Assembly: GCA_013115145.1 (NCBI GenBank)
Contig: JAAPAO010000107.1
Coordinates: forward strand, 1-64,000
DNA: 64,000 bases
DNA from: Perkinsus chesapeaki ATCC PRA-425
Lineage: Eukaryota > Protista > Perkinsozoa
Direction: 5' to 3'
The translations under genes and the position numbers were made by a program. Under the pieces are notes generated by a model. It was not told the DNA's origin. It saw nothing but the letters and a program-made list of their open reading frames with translations, and did no database searches. Of the stretch, positions 46,850-59,310 are shown piece after piece (position 1 is the stretch's first letter; every line of letters begins with the position of its first letter).

Positions 46850-49502
46850 GCTTGTCCTTGAAAGATGTCCTTATTGTGGTGGCATGCAGTCTACCATTTT
46901 ATCTATCGATCATATGCCCGGAGTGGTACATAGATGAGCTCTTCGCCATTACCAGGAATGAGGTTCGTGAAATACGTTAGGCAAATGGCCAATCCCATCA
47001 CAGGACGCCCGAGGCGAGACGCCGATTCTAGAAATACTTCAGCACGACTTCTGGGGCAATCATATGTGGTCAGAAGGTCACTGGACCCACAAAAGCTATA
47101 GACCGATCGTCACAATATCTTACTGGTAATCAACTTATGCTAGGTTCAGTTCTGGGCCAGAACTTCTGGCTCCTCGGTTTAGGTTGCAGTATTGGTTTAA
47201 TGGATACCTCATCAAGCCTCAGCCGTTGCGTGTATTCTCTTGTCTACTCAACACGACCACTGCGCTGCTGCTCGCCCTTGTTCTCTGCAGAGTGTATAAT
47301 GTGAAAGGCAGAATAGCAGCAGTCTGCGCTGGTATCTTTGCTGCTCACCCGATTCATACGGTAACGATTCTACCTCGGTAGAAGATTATCCATTTTTCGC
47401 GTCAGGAGAACGTCGTCTACCTTGTTGGTCGTGCTGATATTTTCGCTACAGCTTTTTGGCTTATTGCTGTGCTCGTTCATTTCGAGGTAGCCCTGCTCGT
47501 ACTACGCTTACTCAAGTGGAGCTTTCAGTTGACCGAACGCCGTTTTTCCTCCTTCCCTTCAAAAGCAACAATGCCTCTGTTCGCTCTAATTATCTTACTT
47601 GCATGCCTCAGTGGATTTAGGTGAGTCCCTTGGGAGCCGCGGCGAATTCGCCATGCTACTGAGACCGCGAACCTATGAGTGTTTTTGACAGCAAGGAGCC
47701 CGGTTTCACGGTCCTTGTCTTCCTAGCGCTCACGCAAGTATTGAAGCGACAGGGGTAAGCAGTTGTGGACGGAATGTCCGATGGGCACCTTTCATCGAGA
47801 TTCCTGCCAGACCATCTCGGTGGAAGCTAGCTGCTTGCCTGCTCGCATCCTTCGGGGTTATTTTCAAGTTTAGATCATGGCTGGTCGGCGGCACGAAGGT
47901 CAGCTCAGTTACGACTCAGGGTTTGGCAGTAAACGGTCTCGTCAGGTCGACTTTTCCTATGTCGATACCCCCATACCGTATCAGTCTGACATCTCGACCC
48001 GCACACTATCATACCTCCACGTTCACGCAGTCTATGCCCAGCTAATCCTTTTACCCATCAATCAATCCTGGGACTACAGCTACAATGCTATCCCCGTCGT
48101 AAGTGGCCTTCCTTCAATAGAGCCGTCAGACCGAGGGTTTGTTCAGATTAAATCACTAGAGGACTATCGTGTACTCGGTATTTTGGCTTGCTATACTGCC
48201 CTTCTTTGCCTGGGGAACTCGGCCATCCGCAAAGTAAATGTAACGCTCCCGGACTACACCGCAAACGTACTTCAGAGCAGGTACGCGAATCTGATGATCC
48301 TCGTCCGCTGCTCTCCATAGCAGCTGTCCTTTTCCCATTCGTTCCTGCTTCCAACCTGTTCTTCGTTGTTGGTACGGTTGTAGGAGAGCGCCTATTGTGA
48401 GTTCACTTGGTGAGACAGGCACGTTAGGAGAATTTCCTTTCGAGGTATATTTCGACGATCGGCTTAAGTATCGGTCTCGCAACCACTGTGCGATCAACCG
48501 ACAGTAAAGGTGAACACGACTACTTTCTGGCTCGTCATGTCCACCATTCAGTTCCAAGAAGACTTAAACTGTTACTCTTCGCATATATTGGCTTGTCCAT
48601 CCGTCGCACACGCCACTGGGGATCTCGGGTTTCCTTATTCGGGCAGGACGCTGTGAATTGGCCTCGCAGCGCGAAGACTCTGCATCAGTTCGCGACCACA
48701 TTGCACAGGTGCACTCCTGGCGCTGCCTAAAACGAGTATCATTTGTGCCAGGGCCGATCATTTGGAGGAAGCTCGGGAGCTCTATCTCGCTTCGCTATCA
48801 ATATTTGATGATAACGCCCTTACTGACTACTGCATAGCTCAGATTGATATTGAGACTAATCGGTTCAATGAGGTTTGTTCCAGAAATGAGCTCCAGCGGA
48901 AGCTTGCCACAGGCACATGATCGTTTCCTGAAAATTCTTGCGGGCCATGGAATAGGTTTCGGTAGCTTCAACAGGTTCCTGATCATGGTGGACTTTGGAT
49001 TCACTTTGACAGCAATGCGCAAGTACCACAGTAGGCCTTGTCACCGGCTGTAAACTCATAAGAGCAGATACGATGAAGCAGTTCCCGTTCTGAAAGAAGG
49101 CCTGACGCTGAATGAAGACGTGCCTCATGCCCTCAACGCACTGGGAATATGTTATCTCCAACTGGGCGACATAGCGAAGGGCGTCGAGGCATTTCGGCGT
49201 GGTATCCATTACGACCCTGAAAATCCCTGGCTGTGGAGCAACTTAGCAGCAGCGCTGCTCATCGGTGACAGCTAGTTACAGAAAGGTGTGTGACGAGGCT
49301 CCTCACAGGTGAAGGCGCTGATTCGGCTGGTGAAGCTCAGAGATGCGCGGCTTTCGCTGTTGAGAAGTCAACAGAAGCTATGGGATTTATTCATCCCAAG
49401 TTTACTTTGAATTACGAGCTAGCCACGGCGAAGGTCGAAAGCATGATAGATATATCTGATTCCCAGCCTCAGCTGGAATTCTTCTTTCATAGACTATTGT
49501 AA
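46850..49502 (+). CDS. TMTC: TMTC-family protein O-mannosyltransferase (GT-C TM region, DUF1736, TPR repeats), multi-exon
   Basis: IDELFAITRNE, HDFWG..HKSYRP, FAAHPIHT, ENVVYLVGRAD, KEPG, LLPINQSWDYSYNAIP, PFVPASNLFFVVGTVVGERLL and TPR-like exons; 5' end lies upstream of 46850 and was not resolved. Confidence 0.92.
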
Positions 49503-50724
49503 ATAGGCGATAGGTTTAACGTGTTCTCCCATACAACATTACTGCCTTGCGTACGCTCACTCCAATCCAGTAAAGGTGTCAGACCCAGCTAAATCCAGAT
49601 AGAGTCTTCTGCTCGAGTCCGTCGCCTCATCGGGAGGAAGTTTTCTTTGAGGAGATTTCCGGCAGTACTGATAACATCTCTTCAAGTACGGATGTATAAC
49701 TCGCCACGTTGATAATTGGAGGCTACCAATGAAATACTTAATACCGAAAACCTGCTGCAGCTTGAATGGATTTAGGGTACATCAAGGCGGGAGCGGCCAC
49801 GAAGTTGGTTTTGAGTCGACAGTCGCACGCACACGCTGGTCACTGCGCGCGCCTTGATCTCGATATCTTCTGGTGCTCATATAATAGGCACAATGTGACT
49901 GAGTATGCAACTCTTTTGTGCCGTTTGTGTAAAGTGCTTCAATGAGTGATGCAAATCTATGCTCAGCCCTTTTGGTCTCGTCATATTGGCAATTTGCTTT
50001 TGAAGTCATGTCTCCCGCCAATCACATCTCGAAGGGGCCAATGAAAGTTGAGAGGTAGGGTGCTGCAATATGCCAGGCTCTTCCATACTTTATCGGATAG
50101 GAGATCTCACCGTCTAATGTTCAGGTTGACAGGAATAGCGCAAGACTGCGTTGTATCGGCAGTATTGTTCATCGCATTTTGCTACTGCTGGGGGGTGGGT
50201 GATGGAAGGTGGGTGAACAGGTAGAGTCCCTCAATGTCACGTCACTGGCTCCCAGGAGTTTCGCTGAGACCATCGACAATGTTGTCCATCTAACGTTATG
50301 GTTTTTACCTCGTAATTTAGCCGTAGGGGCACACTGGGTAAGATCACGTAAACGACTTCATTATATATCATCATTTCTAGGTCTTCTCTTTGGTCGCCAT
50401 CATCGGCTCCATTTGTCTTGCCGTCTCTCCGATACCTGGTCTGGGTAACAGGAAGGTTGTGAAGGCGGCCTCGTTCTGCATCACACTCGCCGCGGCCTAT
50501 CAGTTTATCATGCGATGTCTCACTTCTGGTTTGTCCTCAGTGCTTTCTGCTGTGTCAATTTGACTCTGTACAGGTCCATGGTGTATTCGTTCGGTAGTCT
50601 GCGTAATCATACCGGTTGCTATGTCGATGTATTCTCCTCGAACCAAGGCAGTCGATGGTTTATCTCAATTCTCGGCTTGGGTATCTCAGCTATGCCTACG
50701 GTTAAGACATCTCTGTCGTGCTAG

Positions 50725-52068
50725 GTTGTCTCCCTCCGTATTCCACCGTTTGCTGCTCTCATCGCTCCGGTTTCTATAAGCCTTATCACTATGGAATCCT
50801 TGGGAGCGTCAATAATAAGTGCCGAGAAGGCTAATGCTGCGGTTAGCTCCGAACTATCTAGTGCGCTGTTAGATGCTGCATTAGGTTTTCGCCCTGTGCC
50901 TCTTGCAGGCCGCCGCTAACCAGATTAACTCGGTCGCGGATTTCTATAACGGTATTGATGATGTTCAGACTGCGTCTGACAGGAGCTTAGTAGACGGAAT
51001 ACTCACACCGAAGTCCATGGTGAATCTTCCTTTATCGGTATCCTCTCAAAAACATGTTCAGATATGGTCAGCCGTGTGTCTGACCAGCATATCAGCCGTT
51101 CTCCTGCTATCCACCTTGGTTGGTCTTGACTATTCCTATTGGGCATACGCAGTCGCCGTTTGGACTTTTGAAGCATCGCTGGCGGTAGTGATTGCTCACT
51201 CCATGGAATACGGCAGCAGTTTGTTTTCCAGGTGTTTTACACTTACGGTCCATTCCCACTAAAATACTATGCTATGGGCGACTTGATCATGTACGTGTAT
51301 ATTCTGGCGCCTTTATCGAATTTCGCGTGGTCTCTCCCAGATTCCTTTTCTTTGGTCCTGGTGTGTGCGCCATGCTCGCCCTATGGACTGCCGATCCTAC
51401 CGTATCCCTCTCTATTATTCCAGTGGTTTTCCTCTTTGTATTGCCGAGTCTCCTTGTTACCATTGGTGTAAGAGTTCGTCCGGCTCTCCCTGCACCGATG
51501 TAGCTCTCAGATACTCAACGCTAACAACATTCGTGATCTAGATTCTGACACTGAGGCTGGTATATATACGGTTGCTAACCTGCTAGGTCACAAAAGAAGT
51601 CGCATGTATGTTAGCGTGTACCCTCCTTATAGCGACGAGTTTGCAGTTACTTCACCGTCCTTCAATTGGCACCACATCTACTGTCACTTCTCATCGCTTA
51701 TTTCTATCACTGCTATGGCATACTCTTTTCATTAGCTATCATGCCTCGATCTCTCTCTACAGTGTGAGTATACCTATCATTTGCTCCTTTATTCTCGAGG
51801 CTTGATTCAGTACCCACGTCTGTTTGGGCGCCCAGGATGATCCCCAATATAAGATGGTTGTCAAGTACGCCTCGCATACTACGCTCATGTATGGCCTTAT
51901 TACGGCAATGGGCATAGCCACTGCTCCGATGGGGGCTGGTCTTGGTGAGGTAACTCTTTGAATACCTCAGATTTCTAAACAATTCCCCTGTTTCAACTTT
52001 TTCAGGTCAGTCTCGGAGGAGTCTTCGTGTCCTCAGCTGTATGTGCATTCCTGTACCGCGTTGGCTAA
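50725..52068 (+). CDS. UBIAD1: UbiA-superfamily prenyltransferase, UBIAD1/MenA type, multi-exon
   Basis: QAAANQINSVADFYNGIDD, SDRSLVDG, YTYGPFPLKY.AMGD, NANNIRDLDSDTEAGIYTVANLLG; stop at 52066-52068; additional 5' exons probable. Confidence 0.85.
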
Positions 52069-53741
52069 ATAGTTCGCACGGAATAGGCTCAGGCTCATTT
52101 TTCGCGAATGTGGAATTTTATTTTCGTAGAGTGACTATTGACGATCTTTTCTCTAATTGCCAAGTGTAGGCACATACCATCTCTCCTTAATCGCTGATTG
52201 GTGACTGCGCCCTGCGCGCAAGACGTCCTTGCTACACTCATTACTGTCTCATCATCATGTTAGACGAGATTTCGAGTTGGCTGGAATGTTTTTTGTTCAA
52301 TTTTCAAAGTGATTGGTCAAATACACATAGGCCAGACAAGGGACTGGGATGCCTCGACACGCACTAATTTCCCGAGTACATTTCAATGCTTCAGCATTTT
52401 TAGACTCCCATAGTGTATAGCCTATCACGCAACCGCGACCAATTGTTGAGTAACAGCGGTTAAGTTCGGGCTCTGTGGGGTTAGTATGCAAAGCTTGAGG
52501 CTCTGCATGATTCTAGGGCAGTAATCATAATAAGACTAGCGAGGCTCTTAACAGTCTGCGTATCTAATGAACGCTGGCAATGTGACAGGCCTGACGATCC
52601 CTGTCACTTGTTCTCTACCATTAGGTATTTCTCCACGTCGTTTCACGGACGTCGCGGTGCCTAGTTGCCAAGGCATTTGCGTTAAATCAGCTTTCTTCTC
52701 GAGCCGTACGGAAGATACCGCGTCCTGCTGTGTTGTTCTCCTTCTACCAGTGGAAAATGCCAACGAACCAATTTTCGAATTCCACGTAAGGCTTAGCCGG
52801 CTTGCAACCGAGTAGTCCATATCAAACTTGAGCCGCTTGGGTGCAGTCCTTCATTCCAAAAGTAAACCGACTGGGAATCTGAGAAAGTGTAGCCATTTTG
52901 AATCGGAGTGTCCGGCATTGAACCACGCCAAACAGGTAGGTGTCTATGAAGGAGTTCGGCATACCGCCTCATTGCTCCTCCACATGTGTCACGAATGCGC
53001 ATACCAATCTCGACTCAGTTTACCTTGTTCGGACATAATAGTCTGCATAGTTCCGACCTTCTATTAGGCCTGAGAATGACTAGGGTATCGTGAGGTAGCC
53101 TTGTGGTGCCTCGACATAACATAAAGCAATTTCTACGGATAGCTCCACGGTGAGGTATCCATTGCAGCACAATGTACGCGCCCATGGGACAAAGAATGCA
53201 CCGCAAAGACTAATGACCCAGCTTGACACTGGAAGATCAGTGGGCTTATATTCATGATCTGTTGACCGGAAGATCTCATTCCTTTATATAATTTAACTCG
53301 TGTCGTCATCCTCAGTTATTTCGCTGTGGCACTATTCATTAGGCACAGCAGCGAAAACACAACCCGCACGATTGAACTATGTGTTCGAAGGTGAACACAA
53401 GGAGCTCCTGCAGTGTAGGACCTACACCAGCACAAACCGCCTCATTTGGAAGGGTGACTTCGTAACAAGGCTTGCAGCTGTGGTCCCGCACTAGACGAAC
53501 TCGGAGGCCATACATTCTACACATGTTGCTTTTTTCCTGGGCGAACGAGCCCCGCAACAACCCAATATAACGTGAGGTGGTGTCTACGGGAGGCGCCATA
53601 GTTAAACCTCCATTACAGCGCAAGGCGCGCACCCATGACGAAAAAGAAAACACAACGAAGCCTACTGACCAAGCTTGACAATGGAATAATTGTGGGTTCA
53701 TATCCGTAAGTTGTTCAACAGAAGGTATTCTCTTTTCATAT

Positions 53742-54740
53742 ATGTTCCGTCTTCTCGTCAACCTCGGCTATTTCGCTGGTGCTCTGGCCATCAGACATAC
53801 CGGAGAAAACATTAGCGGTATGGCAAACGGCCCCCCAGTGAACGACCCCCTCTATAAGAATCAGGCATCGTATTTAGAAGCGATTAACGTTCCCGCAGCG
53901 TGGAAGCGCTTGGCCTCGACCAAGGTGGCGAGAACGAGGGTCACAGTGGCTCTCATCGATACCGGTGTGAAACCAGACCATCCTGACCTAATTGCTAACC
54001 TTGTCAAGGGCTACAATGTTTATGATCATAGTGATAATACTGGCGACCAGGAAGGACATGGTACCGAAATGGCTGGGATACTCGGTGCTACTATCAACAA
54101 TAGAGAGGGAATAGCTGGCGTGATGGATCTTGTCAACATCTTTCCAATATATGAAGGTATAACTGACACACCTCCAACTACCATAGCTGCCATAGACTAT
54201 GTAATTCGTAACAGGAAATCCAAAGGCATCACCTTTATACTGATGGCGTCTTCGGATGAGACGATTGAACCGGCGGTAGTAAGCAAGATTAAAGAAGCTG
54301 ATAAAGCAGGAATACTTATGATTGTCACTGCCGGAAATAAGGGCAAGAATATTACCACCGAGAAAACCTTCCCATGCTCTCTAACTGAGCAACTGAGTGG
54401 AGTGTTGTGTGTGGCGGCCACAGAGCAGTCGAAAATGCAGCTGCCTTACTTCTCGAACTTCGCTAGCTACGTTGACATTGCTGCACCTGGTGTTAATATT
54501 ATGACTACTGGCAACGACGTCAATTACAAAACTATGCCAGGCACATCTCCAGCGGCTGGAATTGTTGCCGGTGTGGCTGCTATGCTCTACAGCGTTGCTC
54601 CTAAGCTAACCCCTGCTGATGTTGAGAAGATTCTTAAGGACACTTCGCGAAAAGGTCTCAAAGATTCCAAAGGGAAGACGACTCTTGCATTTGGACGAGT
54701 TGACGCCGACAAGGCCGTAGCGAAGCTGATTCCTAGATAG
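53742..54740 (+). CDS. Subtilisin-like serine protease 4
   Basis: IDTG, EGHGT, AGNK, PGTSPA; signal peptide. Confidence 0.95.
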   Translation: MFRLLVNLGYFAGALAIRHTGENISGMANGPPVNDPLYKNQASYLEAINVPAAWKRLASTKVARTRVTVALIDTGVKPDHPDLIANLVKGYNVYDHSDNTGDQEGHGTEMAGILGATINNREGIAGVMDLVNIFPIYEGITDTPPTTIAAIDYVIRNRKSKGITFILMASSDETIEPAVVSKIKEADKAGILMIVTAGNKGKNITTEKTFPCSLTEQLSGVLCVAATEQSKMQLPYFSNFASYVDIAAPGVNIMTTGNDVNYKTMPGTSPAAGIVAGVAAMLYSVAPKLTPADVEKILKDTSRKGLKDSKGKTTLAFGRVDADKAVAKLIPR

Positions 54741-56224
54741 TTCTGACATCTGTGAGATGATGCTATATATCGGTATTGAAAGCTATCACATCTTGATGAC
54801 ACTTGGGTGTTCTTTAGTCTAAGCTCTTGGATTGTATCTTGGGCTTCATAAACTTTTCGTTCGGTTCGCGCCTTGTTGATCTTGTATATCTTTCGAAAGT
54901 TTTGTTATATCACAGCAGAGCCGAGTTCATCACAAGTATTCATTATGGGCGATTCATCTTGCTGAGGAAGAGATGCAGTTCAATACTACTCGCGCTCGAG
55001 GACTAACCTTTTCATCCCTCTTGGATTCAGCATAGAGTGCTGTTCAGCATTCTTGTGGCTAACACGTTCCATGCGATCTCCTTAGGCGGAGACTCGGAGT
55101 TATATTGGTGAAACACATGAGAAACGTGCCCGAAGCTTATCACGTTTGAAAGGCATCATGAATAGTTCTATACCTTCGTAGGCATTGTAAAATAGGATAG
55201 GATCGAATTGACTAGCCAGTCAATGCGCGTTTGCCGACTGGCATTCACTGAGAGGGTTCTGTCCTAACACCGCATTCGTTACTTTATGTCACGTTGCTGT
55301 GGACAAGTGCGACCATGACATCGTGTAGAGGGAGCACTTGTGGACGGAGGGGAGGCATGACATCAGGATACATGGCAATCTGGCATCGCGGCTTGTCCGG
55401 AGACAGTCGAACACAATTTGTGTCAGGCAGAGCGAGAGGCTAGGCACTTTACAAGTGACGTTTCTATCACAGACTATCGCTGGGATAAGAAGAAAGTCAC
55501 ATTAGTGACGAGGTTGCCGACAATACCTCCTCGTGTGTGTGTTTATAGTCCAATGGCGAAGAGGGCTTAGTTAGACTATCCATACTATGTGCAGATTCCG
55601 AACAAGAGCTCAATACCTATACTAATCACTGTATGGTTCACTCAAAGGACTGCAACTAGTATCAACTTGACACTGTCAAGAGACCCTACTACCTCTGCGG
55701 AGGCGCCCAAGTCGCGCCGTCTGTTCAAGGTTCCTCGCGGCTTCTTCCACCTTTTAGACGCTTCACCACTTGGGACCGAGCCCGAAAACATCTTGCCCTA
55801 TCTTGGAGTGTCTGACGGTAAGCGCATGAACTCTTCACAGTCGCATTATCAGGGCCACCCGAGTCATCATCTGTCATTACTCGACGCATAGATGACGGCT
55901 ACGTCTCCTTCTTTGGAATCTTCTTCCACCGCGCGCCGAACGGGACACGTTACCCGGGGCAGTGCCTTTTATCATGCAGAATATGTGACGGGTGTAGCCG
56001 GGCAAGTTACGGCATTTCTTATATGTTATCCAGCTTCGTACGCTCTTGTACCGACATGACGTAATTAATGCAGAAAAGATGGTAGTTACGCCACTTCCTA
56101 CGGGAAGTTACTCTCCCCTAAAATGCCATCCAAGGAGCACCATCAATGTGACGCCCTCCACTGCCGATAAGCACTGACAATCAACGCAGCTCTGCGAGCC
56201 CTTCCACCTCTCCGGCTACATAAT

Positions 56225-57244
56225 ATGCATCGACGCTTGACACTTCTCTTATTCGTCAGGTCGATGATGACGACTAGAACCCCAAGCGAAGATCAGAGCG
56301 GCACAGCAGGCGGCCCTCCTGTGACTGACCCTTTTTATTTCGAGCAGGCGCCATACTTGAAGCCCATTAATGTTCCGGGTGCGTGGGAACTTCTTACTTC
56401 TACTAGAGTGAAGAGAAAGAGGGTCACAGTCGCTCATATCGATACCGGAGTGAAGATTCCGGTGCATCCTGACCTGCGTACAAACCTTGTTACGGGTTAT
56501 AATGTTATCGATCATAGCACCAACACCGCTGACAAGGTTGGGCATGGTACGCGTATGGCTGGTATACTTGGTGCTACTATTAACAACTCTGTCGGTATAG
56601 CTGGTGTGATGGACCTTGTCAACATCATGCCCATTTCTCTCGAAGATCAATATGAGGCACGTCGCCAATCTGAGGCCATCGATTATATTATTAGGAACAA
56701 AGAATCGAAGAACATCAAAGTAATTCTTATGCCCATCTCATTCAGCATCACCACTCAGGAGTTGGCGAACAAGGTCAACGAGGCCGCTCAGGCAGGAATA
56801 CTCATGGTCTTCACCGCTGGAAACCAAGGCAGAAATATCACTGAAGCGGGGATGTACCCGTGCTCTTACACTCAGTCGGTGGAAGGTATTCTATGCGTTG
56901 CTGCAACGGGGCGGTCGAATATGAATTTGATCCGCGACTCAAACTTCGCTGACTATGTGGACATCGCTGCGCCTGGTACTGATATAGCAACTACGGGCTT
57001 CTTGCGTCCTTACGAAGCATCGGAGGGAACTTCTCCAGCATCTGCTATCATTGCTGGTGTAGCTGCTATGCTCTACAGTCTTGCCCCTGATCTAACTCCT
57101 GTCGATGTCAAGAAGATCATCAAGGATACTTCTAAAAAAGGCGTCAAAAATGCTCAGGGAAAGCCCGTTCGGTTCGGGCGAGTCGATGCCGCCAAGGCTG
57201 TAGCTAAGCTGATCCCGAAACGCGCAAGGGCCGTTGCACACTAA
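56225..57244 (+). CDS. Subtilisin-like serine protease 5
   Basis: IDTG, VGHGT, AGNQ, EGTSPA; short hydrophobic N-terminus. Confidence 0.95.
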   Translation: MHRRLTLLLFVRSMMTTRTPSEDQSGTAGGPPVTDPFYFEQAPYLKPINVPGAWELLTSTRVKRKRVTVAHIDTGVKIPVHPDLRTNLVTGYNVIDHSTNTADKVGHGTRMAGILGATINNSVGIAGVMDLVNIMPISLEDQYEARRQSEAIDYIIRNKESKNIKVILMPISFSITTQELANKVNEAAQAGILMVFTAGNQGRNITEAGMYPCSYTQSVEGILCVAATGRSNMNLIRDSNFADYVDIAAPGTDIATTGFLRPYEASEGTSPASAIIAGVAAMLYSLAPDLTPVDVKKIIKDTSKKGVKNAQGKPVRFGRVDAAKAVAKLIPKRARAVAH

Positions 57245-58311
57245 ATCATCAGTGCAGGCGGTCGTGGTGAAAGTTTTTCAGCCAACAAGCCTCAGCTCTT
57301 CACCGAGGTTCTTCTACAATTCTTTCGACGTGACAGTGACACGTCATTCGCTGCCAGCGAGTCGCTGGAAGTGACCTTCGGTAGGGGTTATGTTATTAAT
57401 GCTCCGAGATTGAGGCTCATCAGGCGTTTAGTTCCGTCTCTCGTTGTCCTATATCAAGCTCGTCCTCTAATGAATGTTGAGTTGCACTCCAATGCGATCT
57501 AGAGCTAAGTTAACCACGTACTTCGGCAAAGCCAAATGGCAGATCTGACTGACAGATGAGACTTAACTCAATGAGACTCTCAAACTAACTGAATTGAGAC
57601 TTAACTGAATCGATGGTAGTGGTATTCACGATCTCTGCGACGTTGGGCTAGTCAACGTGCTCCAACCCGCACGATAAATGATAAGCGCCAGTAGATAAAG
57701 CCTTCCGCTCCACCTTGCCGTGAGACAAAACTGCTACTTGAGGATACGAGATCAATCATCATTGAACACCCTCAAAAAAGCAACTTCTCTCGAGCGAAGT
57801 TCCTCGTAAGCTAAGTTCGTTGGTAAGTGTATCATCATTTATTGTACGGTTCAATTTGTACCACATGTCTGTACTATAGTACTATGTAAGTTCATTCGAG
57901 GCATTAAATGATGCGTCACTGCGAACTCAGTTCATCAAGATAGCGATACGGCATTAAAGCCGCCGTGAAATATCTAAGTTATCGCCGCTCCTCGGCTGAG
58001 CGTGTTTACCTTGGACGTATGGGCTATACACCCAAGATCAACAATACTGTAATACAGTATAGCAGTTGGTAACTAATGACAAAACTTTTCATGGACTTTT
58101 CGTATAGCTCAAACACTTCCGTCAGGACGCTTCAGATACAAGTTGTATCATACAACCTGCTCGGTGCATCACCGGACTGAAGTTGCCACCGAAGACACAC
58201 CAGCAGTCGATAAAAACGGCTGAAAAATAAATGGAAAATACCGAAATAGGATACCACTATGTTTTGCTCAAGTAGGTTATCACTCGATATATTATTATGC
58301 AGATAATAGAG

Positions 58312-59310
58312 CTATCTTGATAGCAGCTTCGCCACAGCCGCGTCAGCATCAACCAAGCCGAATTTTAGAGTGTCCTTTGGAGTGCGTTTGATACCCTGTC
58401 TGGAAGTATCCTTGATAATTCTCTCCACAGCAACAGGAGATAGATATGGGTTAAAGCTGTAGAGCATTGCAGCCACGCCAGCAATGATAGCGGATGCTGG
58501 TGACGTTCCATAACAGCTGCCATACCGCATAGGAAGCAAAGTTGTTGCAACTGCTGCACCAGGTGCTGCAATGTCCACGTAATCTGCATAGTTAGAAAAC
58601 GATGCCAGCTTCATCTCAGTGTTCTCTGTCGCGGCAACACACAACATTCCCGGTAGTCGCTTTGTGAGAGCGCACGGGTATTTTTTATTTCTCGTGATAT
58701 CCTCGCCTCCATTTCCTGCAGTTACGATGACGAGCATTCCCGCTGCTACGGCTTGCTTGATTTTTTCCTGCACCTTTTGTTTCCGATTGAAGCCGGAAAT
58801 AGCCATTAGAATTATTCTGATGCCCTTTGCATTCTTGTTGCGAATGGCGTAATCTATGCCGTTGGCTTCGGTTTCTTCAGTGAAGGTTTCTTCCAAACAG
58901 ACAGGCATGATGTTGATAAGGTCCGTAACACCAGCAATACCGATAGAGTTATTAGTAGTAGCACCCAAGACGCCAGCCATAAGTGTACCATGCCCATGCT
59001 TGTCAGCTGTCTTAGTAGTATTCCTTATGACATTATAACCCTCGATAAGATTGCCGACTAGGTCAGGATGGTCCGGTTCAACTCCTGTATCGACAAGAGC
59101 TACGGTAACCTTTCTCCGTACCACTGGGGCCGAAGCCATACGCCGCCATGCTGCTGGTACACCAGCGAATTCTAAGTATGGTTCTTGAAGCCTGTAGTGA
59201 GGGTCATTTACGGGAGGGTCATTCCCGATTTCTGCTGCATCCCCCTCTGCTTGCCTAATAGTCACCGTTGGGGAGATTAAGTAGACCACGATGAGGGAGC
59301 AAGGCCGCAT
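58312..59310 (-). CDS. Subtilisin-like serine protease 6
   Basis: VDTG, HGHGT, AGNG, YGTSPA; likely ATG 59310. Confidence 0.95.
   Translation of the reverse strand: MRPCSLIVVYLISPTVTIRQAEGDAAEIGNDPPVNDPHYRLQEPYLEFAGVPAAWRRMASAPVVRRKVTVALVDTGVEPDHPDLVGNLIEGYNVIRNTTKTADKHGHGTLMAGVLGATTNNSIGIAGVTDLINIMPVCLEETFTEETEANGIDYAIRNKNAKGIRIILMAISGFNRKQKVQEKIKQAVAAGMLVIVTAGNGGEDITRNKKYPCALTKRLPGMLCVAATENTEMKLASFSNYADYVDIAAPGAAVATTLLPMRYGSCYGTSPASAIIAGVAAMLYSFNPYLSPVAVERIIKDTSRQGIKRTPKDTLKFGLVDADAAVAKLLSR

Noticed and set aside
52889-52900. GTAGCCATTTTG, a 12-nt match to the dinoflagellate spliced leader
   Set aside because: The flanks do not continue the leader (no GCTCAAG) and it is not positioned directly before a gene, so it is probably chance. 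No convincing spliced-leader relic was seen before the intronless genes.
52548-53761. Minus-strand ORFs upstream of subtilisin 4
   Set aside because: Short, frame-broken and without motifs. They could be a decayed secreted-protein gene but this cannot be supported.
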